A DNA stretch of 33,134 nt from an uncultured Planctomycetales bacterium (GCA_964643675.1 CAZXTO010000003.1:1-33134), one strand, 5' to 3'. Counted from the stretch's first letter, positions 18,144 to 26,916 are shown. Notes: generated by a model from the letters alone, not told the origin. Numbers and translations are program-made.

Positions 18144-18333
18144 CGGTTGGCGACTTATCCCTAGCAACCGGCCTGCTGCTCCCGCCGAAGGTGGGGTGGG
18201 GTTCGTTCCTTCCTCGGTCTCTCCGCGCTCGATGGCCCTCTCCCCGGAGGAGGACGAGTGCCCTGCGGGGCCGACTTCCTGGGCTTCGGGCGCGACGGCG
18301 TCGCCGCGTCGGACGTCGCCTTCCTGCCACATG

Positions 18334-18375
18334 AAATCGACGTCTGACCCCAAAATCGACGTCTGACCCCGAATT
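18334..18375. repeat. Two tandem REP-like copies (GTCTGACCCC core)
   Basis: AAATCGACGTCTGACCCC at 18334-18351 and 18353-18370. Confidence 0.85.
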
Positions 18376-18386
18376 GGGTCGCTGAA

Positions 18387-20429
18387 ATGGGGCTCTTCCA
18401 CCGGATCAACGCCTACCTGAAGCAGTCGACCAATGTCTACATGGTGTTGGTGGCGATCCTGATCGGCCTGATCGGGGGGTATGGCGCGGTCGGATTCCGG
18501 CTCCTGATCGTGAAGATGCAGGAGTGGATCTGGCGGCCGGATGGGCCGATCACCGACCACGGCGGACTGCTGGAGTGGATCCGGGAGCTGCCCTGGACCT
18601 GGGTGGTGGCGACGCCGGCGCTCGGCGGCATGGTGGTGGGCTGGATCGTCGAGACCTTCGCCAAGGAGGCGCGCGGCCACGGGGTGCCCGAGGTCATGGA
18701 GGCCGTCGCCCTGCGCCACGGTCGCATCCGGCCGCGGGTGGTGGCGGCCAAGACCCTCGCTTCGGGGCTGTGCATCGCCTCGGGCGGCTCGGTCGGCCGC
18801 GAGGGCCCGATCGTCCAGATCGGTTCCGCGATCGGCTCGACCGTGGGGCAGTTCCTCAAGGTCAGCCCTCGCCGCCTGCGCACCCTGGTCGGCTGCGGCG
18901 CCGCGGCCGGCGTCGCCGCCACCTTCAACGCTCCGGTGGCCGGCGCCCTGTTCGCGGTCGAGGTCATCCTCGGCGACTTCGGCGTGCCGCAGTTCTCGCC
19001 CATCGTGATCGCCTCGGTGGTCGCGACGGTGGTCTCCCGCCAGCACCTCGGCGACCTACCGGCCTTCCAGATCCCGCAGTACTCGCTCGAGCACCCCGGC
19101 GAGCTGGTCGTCTACGCCGTGCTCGGCCTGCTCGCCGGCTTGCTCGCGATCGTCTTCACCCGCTCCTTGCACCGTTCCGAGGAGCTGTTCGAGCAGTTGA
19201 AGATGCCGGCCCCCCTCAAGGCGATGCTCGGCGGCGCCGCGGTCGGCGCCATCGCCCTGGTCGCGCCGGAGGTGCTGGGTGTCGGCTACGAGGCGATGAA
19301 CCACGCCTTGACCGGCGCCCCCGCCGCCTGGCTGCTGGTCGGCTTGTTGCTCGCCAAGATCTTGGCGGTGTCGCTCACCATCGGCTCCGGCGGCTCCGGC
19401 GGGGTCTTCGCCCCATCCCTGTTCCTGGGCGCCTCGCTCGGCGGCGCGGTGGGGGCGGGGGTCCAGGCCTGGTTCCCCAGCGCGGCGCCGCCGGGCGCCT
19501 ACGCCCTGGTCGGCATGGGGGCGGTGGTCGCGGCCGCCACCCACGCGCCGATCACCGCGATCATGATCCTGTTCGAGCTGACCGCCGACTACAAGATCAT
19601 CCTGCCGCTGATGATCTCCTGCATCGTCGCCACCTTGGTCATGACCCGTCTGCACGGCGACTCGATCTACACGATCAAGTTGAAGCGCCGGGGCGTCAAC
19701 ATCCGCGACGGCCAGGACGTCGACCTCCTGCGCCGCATCCCGGTCGGTGAGGTCATGCGCGAGGAGGTCGCCCCCGCCGCCCCGCAGGACCCGGTGCTCC
19801 CGCTGTTGCAGCGCCTCTACCACGGCCAGGAGGCCTGCGTCTACGTGGCCGAGTCCGACGGCCGCATGAGCGGCGTGATCGCCCTGAACCAGATCCGCTC
19901 GGTGCTCGAGGACATCGGACTGGTGCAGTCCCTGCTCGTGGCCGAGGACGTCGCGCTGCCCGAGTGGCCGTCGGCGCAGTCCGACGACACCCTCGACCTG
20001 GTGCTGCGTCGCCTCGACCAGGGCTATCGCGACGAGCTGCCGGTGCTGGACGACCACGGCCGCCTGGTGGGTGTGGTGCACATCTCCGACGTGCTCAACC
20101 GCTATCGCAGCGAGGTCTTCAAGCACCAGATGGCCGACACCCTGGCCAGCAGCCTGCCCGGCAGCAGCGGCGAGGAGGTGGTCTCGCGCCGCGTCGGCGA
20201 CTACCTGATGGCCGAGGTCGACGCCCCGGTCACCCTGCTCGGCCGCAGCCTGGTCGAGGCCGAGTTCCGCGTCCGGCACGGCGTCAACGTGCTGCTCGTG
20301 AAGCCGCACGCTCCGCCTGGACAGAGCAGCGATCCGCGCGCGCCCGAGGTCGAGTACCGCTTCCAGGACGGCGACCGCCTGGTGGTGTTCGGCCCGGCCC
20401 GGGCGGTCGAGGCGCTGCGCACGGCCTGA
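18387..20429 (+). CDS. ClC-family chloride channel/transporter with CBS pair and TrkA-C (RCK-C) domain
   Basis: GHGVPE, GREGP, FNAPVAG, GGVFAPSLF, DSIYT; CBS (ELPVLDDHGRLVGVV); C-terminal GRSLVE..GVNVLLVK..FQDGDRLVVFG. Confidence 0.92.
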   Translation: MGLFHRINAYLKQSTNVYMVLVAILIGLIGGYGAVGFRLLIVKMQEWIWRPDGPITDHGGLLEWIRELPWTWVVATPALGGMVVGWIVETFAKEARGHGVPEVMEAVALRHGRIRPRVVAAKTLASGLCIASGGSVGREGPIVQIGSAIGSTVGQFLKVSPRRLRTLVGCGAAAGVAATFNAPVAGALFAVEVILGDFGVPQFSPIVIASVVATVVSRQHLGDLPAFQIPQYSLEHPGELVVYAVLGLLAGLLAIVFTRSLHRSEELFEQLKMPAPLKAMLGGAAVGAIALVAPEVLGVGYEAMNHALTGAPAAWLLVGLLLAKILAVSLTIGSGGSGGVFAPSLFLGASLGGAVGAGVQAWFPSAAPPGAYALVGMGAVVAAATHAPITAIMILFELTADYKIILPLMISCIVATLVMTRLHGDSIYTIKLKRRGVNIRDGQDVDLLRRIPVGEVMREEVAPAAPQDPVLPLLQRLYHGQEACVYVAESDGRMSGVIALNQIRSVLEDIGLVQSLLVAEDVALPEWPSAQSDDTLDLVLRRLDQGYRDELPVLDDHGRLVGVVHISDVLNRYRSEVFKHQMADTLASSLPGSSGEEVVSRRVGDYLMAEVDAPVTLLGRSLVEAEFRVRHGVNVLLVKPHAPPGQSSDPRAPEVEYRFQDGDRLVVFGPARAVEALRTA

Positions 20430-20524
20430 TCGCGGCGGCGATTCGTGGCCCCGCACCGGCCGCCTCGCCCTCGAAGCGGTATCCTGCACGGGCCACCGCA
20501 GGCGCCGATGGCGCAGGAGCAGCC

Positions 20525-21100
20525 ATGAAGATCTACACCCGCACCGGGGACGACGGCGAGACCGGCCTGTTCGGCGGCCTCCGCGTCCGCAAGGCTTCCG
20601 AACGGATCATCGCCTACGGCGAGATCGATGAACTGAACTCCGCGGTCGGCTGGTGCGCCTCGGCGGTCGACGCCGAGCTCACCGCCATGTTGCAGCGCGA
20701 GCAGGCGCGCTTGTTCGTGCTCGGCTCCTGGCTGGCGACGCCGTCGGAGGCCTCGGAGGACACCCGCGCCCACCTCCCCGAGTGGGAGCCCGACGCCTTC
20801 GAGGTGCTCGAGGGCGAGATCGATCGCTTCGAGGAGGAGCTGCCGCCGCTCAAGTCCTTCATCCTGCCCGGCGGGAGCGAGGCGGCCGCGCGCCTGCACC
20901 TGGCGCGCACGATCTGTCGCCGCGCCGAACGCACCGTCGCCGCGCTGGCCAACGACGACTACGTCGATCCGCGTCACCAGGCCTACCTGAATCGCCTCAG
21001 CGACTGGCTGTTCGTGCTCGCGCGAGCTTCGAACTGGCGTGAGGGTGTGGCCGACGTCGAGTGGCACCCGGCGCCGGCTGAGGTCGAGACGCCGTCCTAG
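20525..21100 (+). CDS. pduO: ATP:cob(I)alamin adenosyltransferase, PduO type
   Basis: MKIYTRTGDDGETGL, YGEIDELNS, FILPGG, LHLARTICRRAER, YLNRLSDWLFVLAR; GGAG SD before ATG 20525. Confidence 0.93.
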   Translation: MKIYTRTGDDGETGLFGGLRVRKASERIIAYGEIDELNSAVGWCASAVDAELTAMLQREQARLFVLGSWLATPSEASEDTRAHLPEWEPDAFEVLEGEIDRFEEELPPLKSFILPGGSEAAARLHLARTICRRAERTVAALANDDYVDPRHQAYLNRLSDWLFVLARASNWREGVADVEWHPAPAEVETPS

Positions 21101-21110
21101 GCCTCCGGTC

Positions 21111-21132
21111 GCGGGGCGGAGTCGCGCCCCGC
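21111..21132. terminator. Stem-loop between convergent genes
   Basis: GCGGGGCG-gagtcg-CGCCCCGC. Confidence 0.45.
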
Positions 21133-21137
21133 CTCCA

Positions 21138-23036
21138 TCAGTCGGCCTCCTCGAGCAGCTGGATCTCGCGGAAGCCGGTCAGGCCGGCGTTGCCGTCGGC
21201 GACCGGCCGCCGCTCCAGCACCCGCACCTCGAGTTCGCGCACCCGCATCGCCCGCCGGAACTCGAGCAGCGTGCCGCGGATCGCGTCCTTCGGCGCCAGC
21301 TCGATCTCGTGCTTGCGGCCGTTGACCGTCACCTGCACTCGGGTGGGCAGGTCGAAGCCGGGCGTGGTCGGCGCCGTGAGGGCCGGCAGCAGCCGGACCG
21401 CCGCGACCTTGAGCGGCTTCTTCGGCACCAGCCGGATCCACGGCTCGGTGTCCTCGCGCTCGGCCAGCCAGCGGCTGCCCTGGAAGCGGTCGAAGGCGCG
21501 CAGGGCGCCGTTGGAGTTGCCGCTGTGCTCGCTCGAGGCGGCGAAGCGCTCGGCCTGGGAAGTGTCGAGCGCGATCGCGCGCTCCAGCAGCTCGATCTGC
21601 TCGCGGTCGTCGTCGACGACCAGCCCGTGCACCTTCATCGTCAAGGGCCCGGACACGACCTGGACCACGTCGTCCGGGTCGTCGCTGCCGGGCAAGGCGA
21701 GCCAGGCCCGCGCCTCGAGCTGGAAGCTGTCGTTGGCGATCAGCGGCAGGGTGACCGGGAAGCGCGGCGGGCCCTGCTGGCGGGCGAGGGCGGCCGGGTC
21801 CTCGGGCCGGTGGACCGCGAGCTCCTCGCCGTCGAGCCACCAGGAGAAGCGCGTGACCCGCGGCCGACCTTCGCCTTCGAAGGCGTAGAGCTCGACCAGC
21901 TCGGGGTGGAAGCCGGCCAGGAAGGCCCGGCCCTCGGGCATGCCGGTGACGGTGATCAGCAGGTCGGCGCGGCCGGCGTCGGCGTTGGACCAGCGCCGCT
22001 CCCACAGGCCGGCGCGGGGTTCGCCGCCGGTCCCGACCTTGGCCGTGGCGCGCGACAAGGTGAGCAGCGCGAAGGGAGTGTTGGTCGGCTGGTTGCCCCA
22101 GGGGTCGCTCCAGGCGCCGTCGCCGCTCTGCTTGGCGACCATCAGCTCGCCGGCGTCCTGGTACCAGTCGTGGCCGCCGATCTCGTCCTGGCCGGAGAGC
22201 GCGGCGGCCCGCTCCATGCCGTACCAGGTGTAGAAGCCCCAGCGGTTGAGCCCGTTCTCGCCGCTCCATTCGGTGTCCCCGAGCCAGCGTTCGTCGAGCC
22301 AGGACTCGCTGAGCTGCATCGCTTCGCTGAGCTCCTCGAGGCGGCTGGCGCGGGCCTTGCGGCGCTCGAGCACCCGGCGGGTGGCGGCCAGGCAGCCGAA
22401 GCCGGCCAGGGTCATCGTCATGGTCGGCTGGTTTCCGGGGCGGTAGCCGTAGCCGCCGTCCGGCTTCTGGGTCTTGATGAGGTAGTCGCCCATCTTCTCC
22501 CAGAACTTGGCGTCGCGTTGCCACCCGTGGCGGTCGAGCGCCTCGAGCGCGACGATCGCGAACTGGGTGTTCGAGAGGTCGCCGCCGGGTTGGTTGCGCA
22601 TCACGCGGTGGTAGTCGAACAGCCCCGCGTGATGGTCGAACATGATGTCGGCGGACCGTTCGATGCGCTCGGCGTAGCGCTCGGGGTCGAGGGCGCAGAG
22701 GAGCAGGATCCGCACCGCCGCGTCGTAGGTCTGCGTCGGCGGGTGGAGGCGGAGGTACTCGAGCGCGAGCTGGATGCTGCGGTGTTCGGCCGGAAGGCCG
22801 GCCTTGAGCAGGGAATAGGCGGCGAGCGCGGTCGGTCCGGCCGCGAAGTGCTGGTCGGGCCAGCTGAGCCAGCTGCCGTCCGGATACTGCTGGCCGAGCA
22901 GGTAGTGCACGCCGCGGTGGATGGCGCGGTCGACGCGCTCCTCGAGCGGCGGCTCGGGCGGCGGGTCCTGGGCCGGGGCGGATCCCGCGACCAGGGCGGC
23001 GAGCAGGACGGGGATCAGGCGCCGGCGCGGAACCAC
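21138..23036 (-). CDS. Secreted prenyltransferase/squalene-cyclase-like (QW-repeat) alpha/alpha-barrel protein with C-terminal discoidin-like domain
   Basis: Signal peptide; QYPDGSW, QKPDGGYGY, QSGDGAW repeats; DLSNTQFAIVAL; YTWYGMER; C-terminal ASSEHS..RAFD..SRW..PWIRL..GFREIQL. Confidence 0.7.
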   Translation of the reverse strand: MVPRRRLIPVLLAALVAGSAPAQDPPPEPPLEERVDRAIHRGVHYLLGQQYPDGSWLSWPDQHFAAGPTALAAYSLLKAGLPAEHRSIQLALEYLRLHPPTQTYDAAVRILLLCALDPERYAERIERSADIMFDHHAGLFDYHRVMRNQPGGDLSNTQFAIVALEALDRHGWQRDAKFWEKMGDYLIKTQKPDGGYGYRPGNQPTMTMTLAGFGCLAATRRVLERRKARASRLEELSEAMQLSESWLDERWLGDTEWSGENGLNRWGFYTWYGMERAAALSGQDEIGGHDWYQDAGELMVAKQSGDGAWSDPWGNQPTNTPFALLTLSRATAKVGTGGEPRAGLWERRWSNADAGRADLLITVTGMPEGRAFLAGFHPELVELYAFEGEGRPRVTRFSWWLDGEELAVHRPEDPAALARQQGPPRFPVTLPLIANDSFQLEARAWLALPGSDDPDDVVQVVSGPLTMKVHGLVVDDDREQIELLERAIALDTSQAERFAASSEHSGNSNGALRAFDRFQGSRWLAEREDTEPWIRLVPKKPLKVAAVRLLPALTAPTTPGFDLPTRVQVTVNGRKHEIELAPKDAIRGTLLEFRRAMRVRELEVRVLERRPVADGNAGLTGFREIQLLEEAD

Positions 23037-24076
23037 TTCTTCTTTCCTTCTCGTTGTTCCTCGATCATGACTTCGAAGAGGCCGGCGGCGTGGGCTTCCC
23101 GCGCGACCCGCTCGCCTTCGGCGATGACCTCGGCGGCGCGGTGGAAGTCGAACAGGCCGACCTCGGGCAGGCGCGGCTTGAGCAGCACGTCGGGCGGGTC
23201 GGCCTCGAGGGCCAGGCGCGAGATCGCGAGCTGGGCGAAGGCCATGGTGTCGCCGACGACGTCGGCCAGGCCGGGCGCCTTGTCCTCGGGGCGGCCGGTG
23301 AAGCGGTGCCAGAACCGGACCGCGCGGTCCGCCACCCTCTTGCTGGCGCCGCTGACCAGGCCGGCGGTCTCCTTGAGGAACTCGCGGGCGCGTTCGACTG
23401 CCTCCTGATCGAGCGGGAGCTGCTCCAGCGGCGGCAGCTTCTCGACCTCCGGGGTCTCGCCGTCGGCCAGCTCCGCCTCGGGGAGGAGCGGCTCGGGGAA
23501 GCTGGCGGCGTGCAGGTCGACCGCGATCGAGTGGCGGTAGCCGAACTGCTTGGCGGCGCCGATCGGCACCGGGTTGACCGCGCCGCCGTCGGTGAGCCAA
23601 CGGCGACCCACCCGCACCGGCGAGAAGACACCTGGAATCGAGGAGCTGGCGCGGATGGCGTGGACCAGCGGGCCCTCCCGCAGGCGGATCTCGTGGCCGG
23701 TGGCGAGGTCGGTGGCGCAGGCGCAGAAGTCGACCGGCAGCAGCTCGATGCGCCGGTCCCCGAGCAGGGTCTCGAGCACCTTGGTGGTGCGCTTGCCGCC
23801 GAAGAAGCTGGAGGTCGGCAGGACCGGGTCCAGGAACCAGACCACGCCCTGGCGGTCGAGGCCGCGCATCAGCGATTCGTAGGCGTCGAGGGCGTTGCCA
23901 CAGGCCAGCCCGCCGATCACCGATCCGATGCTGGAGCCGGCGATGCCCCGCACTGGCACGTGCAGCTCCCGCAGGACCCGCAGGATCCCGATATGGGCCA
24001 GGCCGCGCGCGCTGCCCGATCCGAGCGCAAGGGCGACCCCCGGCCGCGGCGCTGGACGCGTGGCGTGGGGCTTCAT
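23015..24076 (-). CDS. Patatin-like phospholipase (RssA/NTE family)
   Basis: LALGSGSARGLAHIG, GSSIG (GxSxG), IRASSSIPGVF, LTDGG; GAGGAG SD before ATG 24076. Confidence 0.9.
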   Translation of the reverse strand: MKPHATRPAPRPGVALALGSGSARGLAHIGILRVLRELHVPVRGIAGSSIGSVIGGLACGNALDAYESLMRGLDRQGVVWFLDPVLPTSSFFGGKRTTKVLETLLGDRRIELLPVDFCACATDLATGHEIRLREGPLVHAIRASSSIPGVFSPVRVGRRWLTDGGAVNPVPIGAAKQFGYRHSIAVDLHAASFPEPLLPEAELADGETPEVEKLPPLEQLPLDQEAVERAREFLKETAGLVSGASKRVADRAVRFWHRFTGRPEDKAPGLADVVGDTMAFAQLAISRLALEADPPDVLLKPRLPEVGLFDFHRAAEVIAEGERVAREAHAAGLFEVMIEEQREGKKKWFRAGA

Positions 24077-24099
24077 GCTCTCCTCGCAGATTAGCACGG

Positions 24100-24221
24100 G
24101 GATTTCGGGGTCAGACATCGATTGATTTCGGGGTCAGACATTCATTTCTTCCTGCCGCAAAGCCGGCAGGAAGAAATGAAAGTCTGACCCCGAAATCAAT
24201 CGATGTCTGACCCCGAAATCC
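24100..24221. repeat. 122-bp near-perfect palindrome built from four 23-bp REP-like units
   Basis: Arms 24100-24157 and 24164-24221 are reverse complements with one mismatch; 6-nt loop; each arm has two GATTTCGGGGTCAGAC-containing 23-mers. Confidence 0.95.
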
Positions 24222-24241
24222 GCCCGGTCTACACTGGGGCC

Positions 24242-25069
24242 ATGGACTTGTTCGAAGAGATCGTGCGGCTGCGGGAGTCGGGGGAGCCGGCGGCGCTCTG
24301 CACGGTGTTGTTGGCGCGGGGGAGCACCCCGGGCAAGGAGACCATGAAGATGCTGGTCCGGGCGGACGGCTCCACCCTGGGGTCGATCGGCGGCGGCTGC
24401 GTAGAGGAGGACTGCCGTCAGATGGCGCTCGAGACGATCGCCTCTGGGCGCGCGGCCACCCGCTCCTTCTCGTTGAACCAGAAGGACTTACCGGAGTCCG
24501 GCTTGATCTGTGGCGGCCAGGTCACGGTGCTCGCGGAGCCCGTCGTACCGCCCTCGCTGGTACTCTTCGGCGGCGGCCACGTGTCGGGCGCCATCGCGCG
24601 CGTGGCCCGGGAGTGCGATTGGCGGGTGGTGGTCTGCGACGACCGCCCCGAATACGCCGACCCGGCCAAGCACCCGCTCGCCAGCCGCTGTCTCGCCGCC
24701 CCATGGGCGGAGGCGGTGGCCGCGATCGCTCCGGCCGAGCACCTCCATCTGGTCATCGCCACCCGCGGCCACCAGGCCGACCTCGAGGTCCTGCGCGAGC
24801 TGGTCGCCCAGGATTGCCGCCCCCGCTACCTCGGTTTGCTCGGTTCCCGGGCCAAGAAGGCCACTTTCGAGCGGGTCCTGAGCGACGAGGGCGCCGCGCC
24901 GGACTTCCTCGCCTCCCTCCGCACCCCGATCGGCCTGCCGATCGGCTCCCAGACCGCCGGCGAGATCGCCGTCTCCCTGATGGCCGAGCTCGTCCGCCTC
25001 CGCCGGCTCCCGCAGGATGCCCAGGAGGCCCCGAAGGGCCGTCCGACGCCCTCACCCGCCGCCTCCTGA
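24242..25069 (+). CDS. XdhC/CoxI-family molybdoenzyme accessory protein
   Basis: RGSTPGK, GSIGGGCVE, GLICGG, LFGGGHV, ATRGHQAD, YLGLLGSRAK, PIGLPIGSQTAGEIAVS. Confidence 0.9.
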   Translation: MDLFEEIVRLRESGEPAALCTVLLARGSTPGKETMKMLVRADGSTLGSIGGGCVEEDCRQMALETIASGRAATRSFSLNQKDLPESGLICGGQVTVLAEPVVPPSLVLFGGGHVSGAIARVARECDWRVVVCDDRPEYADPAKHPLASRCLAAPWAEAVAAIAPAEHLHLVIATRGHQADLEVLRELVAQDCRPRYLGLLGSRAKKATFERVLSDEGAAPDFLASLRTPIGLPIGSQTAGEIAVSLMAELVRLRRLPQDAQEAPKGRPTPSPAAS

Positions 25070-25151
25070 GCGGAAAACCCGGTGTCCGACCGCCCGGACG
25101 CGGCTATTTTGGTGACCCGATTCTTCGGCCCAGACCCCTGTTGAAGGAAGA

Positions 25152-26246
25152 ATGCTGCTCAGCGCCCTCGTCTCGACCGCCCTGTTCCTGGCCCCGGCCC
25201 TGCCCCAGAACGAGATCGTCCTCGTCGATGGCAAGGTCATCCCGGTCAAGACCATCAAGACCGAGACCTACTCCGAGGTCACCTACAAGACCGTCAACGG
25301 TGGCGACGGCCGCAAGGACGCCCACCTGGTCCGCGAGGTGATCCACGACACCGGCTCCGCCGCGCTCGACGACTACGTCGCCGCCGTGGAGATGATGGAC
25401 GACGGCGACTTCCGCGGCGCCATGCAGACCTTCCTGCTGGTTCTGGAGGATCGCGGCGCGAGCAGCGGCCGCAACGCCTGGACCGTCCAGCACTCGTGGT
25501 ACCGGATCATGAAGTGCGGCTTCGCCGACGCCAACTACTCGGCGGTGGTCGAGGCGGCCGACCGGCTCCTGACCGATGTGCCGGACACCTTCTTCTACGG
25601 CCCCGCCCTGATGATGAAGGCCGACGCCCTGGCCCTGCGCGGGGACACCGCCGGCGCCGAGTCCGCCTACCGGGACCTGGCCGCGGCGGTGAACACCAAG
25701 AGCCTGCCGGAGCGCTGGTCGCGCGAATCGGAGCTGGGCCTGGTGCTGCTGGACAAGAGCCTGCGCGGCGCCTCGAAGCGCAGCAAGCTCGACCAGATCG
25801 TGGCGCGCAACTCGAGCCAGTACCCGACCGTTTCCAGCCGGGCGAACGTCGAGATCGGCATGTCCTACCTCGACGAGGGCTCCCTGGACAAGGCTGGCAG
25901 CTTTTTCCAGCGCATCCTCGACGAAGGCGGCGCCGATGATCTGACCGAAGCCTACGCCTGGTACGGTCTCGGCCGCGTGGCCTACGAGCAGGGCCTCGCC
26001 ACCGACGACACCGCCGAAGGTCGCGAGCTCTTCTTCCAGGCCGGCCTGCACTTCTTGCGCGTGGCCCTGATGCACCAGTCGGTGATCCAGCTGGTGCCGG
26101 ACTCGCTCAAGGACGCCGCCCTCTCCTTCCACCGCATGGGCGACACCGACAGCCGGGTGAAGGCGCTCAAGCTGAAGAACCGCCTCGCGCAGCGCTTCCC
26201 GGGCTCCCCGCAGCTCAAGGAGTGCGAAGAGAAGATGCGCAACTAG
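25152..26246 (+). CDS. Secreted tetratricopeptide-repeat-like protein
   Basis: Hydrophobic leader, helical repeats (AGSFFQRILDE..AYAWYGLGRVAY; RLAQRFPGSP); GAAGGAAG SD. Confidence 0.72.
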   Translation: MLLSALVSTALFLAPALPQNEIVLVDGKVIPVKTIKTETYSEVTYKTVNGGDGRKDAHLVREVIHDTGSAALDDYVAAVEMMDDGDFRGAMQTFLLVLEDRGASSGRNAWTVQHSWYRIMKCGFADANYSAVVEAADRLLTDVPDTFFYGPALMMKADALALRGDTAGAESAYRDLAAAVNTKSLPERWSRESELGLVLLDKSLRGASKRSKLDQIVARNSSQYPTVSSRANVEIGMSYLDEGSLDKAGSFFQRILDEGGADDLTEAYAWYGLGRVAYEQGLATDDTAEGRELFFQAGLHFLRVALMHQSVIQLVPDSLKDAALSFHRMGDTDSRVKALKLKNRLAQRFPGSPQLKECEEKMRN

Positions 26247-26271
26247 GCGCGCGGCTTCCGAGCCGCCCTTC

Positions 26272-26313
26272 CGGCCGGGGTTATCCACACGGGTAACCCC
26301 GGCCGCTTTTTTT
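26272..26313 (+). terminator. Rho-independent terminator
   Basis: CGGCCGGGGTTA / TAACCCCGGCCG 12-bp stem followed by CTTTTTTT. Confidence 0.88.
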
Positions 26314-26349
26314 CGTCCCTCTCCTGCGCCGATCGTGGCAGGAGGGAGG

Positions 26350-26916
26350 ATGGAAGCGACGAACACACGACTAGGAGACTGGGCCGAGCAGGTGGAGCGG
26401 TTCCTGCTCACCAAGCTGGCCGATCGCGAGCTGTGCCGTGACCTGGCCCAAGAGGCGGTCTCCCGGCTGCTGCAGGCCACCCAGGCCGGGAAGCGCGTCG
26501 CCGAGCCGCGCGCGTGGCTGTTCCGGACCGCCCGCAACCTGGCGGTCGACGCCGTCCGCCGACGGCTGCCCAGTCCGCTCGGCCTGGAGTTGCTGACCGC
26601 GGTGCCCGATCCGGAGAGCCTGGAGGAGGCCGACCAGGAACCCTGCTGGGACCTGGCCGGCCACCCGATGCGGCGGGGCGAGCTGGTGGATCTGTTGCCG
26701 CGGGCCCTGGATCACCTGCCCGACCACTACCGTCGGGTGCTCGCCCACCGCTACCTCGAGGGGGTGGCCTGCGAGACGGTGGCCGGCCGCGAGCAGATCA
26801 GCCACCACAACCTGAAGGTCCGGGTCCACCGGGCGCGCCGGCGACTGAAGGAGTTGCTGGTGCTCGAGGTCCGCCGCGACCCCGATCCCCGCCCCTTCGG
26901 CGAAAAGGGGGCGTAA
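26350..26916 (+). CDS. ECF-type RNA polymerase sigma-70 factor
   Basis: Region 2 DLAQEA..RAWLFRTARNLAVD; region 4 LDHLPDHYRRVL..YLEG..KVRVHRARRRLK; GGAGGGAGG SD. Confidence 0.9.
   Translation: MEATNTRLGDWAEQVERFLLTKLADRELCRDLAQEAVSRLLQATQAGKRVAEPRAWLFRTARNLAVDAVRRRLPSPLGLELLTAVPDPESLEEADQEPCWDLAGHPMRRGELVDLLPRALDHLPDHYRRVLAHRYLEGVACETVAGREQISHHNLKVRVHRARRRLKELLVLEVRRDPDPRPFGEKGA

Noticed and set aside
18225-18285. Possible fluoride riboswitch upstream of clC (GATGG...TTCCTG)
   Set aside because: No P1 pairing or AACCGC/GCTGATG elements, and the protein lacks CLC-F motifs (GNNLI, GREGT)
18161-18409. 82-aa minus-strand ORF in the ahpC-clC gap
   Set aside because: Largely translation of the repeats, overlaps the clC start and lacks codon bias
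24101-24220. CRISPR-like reading of the 23-bp repeats
   Set aside because: Units are adjacent without unique spacers, half are inverted, and no cas genes are present
26281-26289. Perfect DnaA box TTATCCACA
   Set aside because: Single copy inside a terminator hairpin, with no box cluster, AT-rich unwinding element or dnaA/dnaN nearby; not oriC, though a lone regulatory site is not excluded
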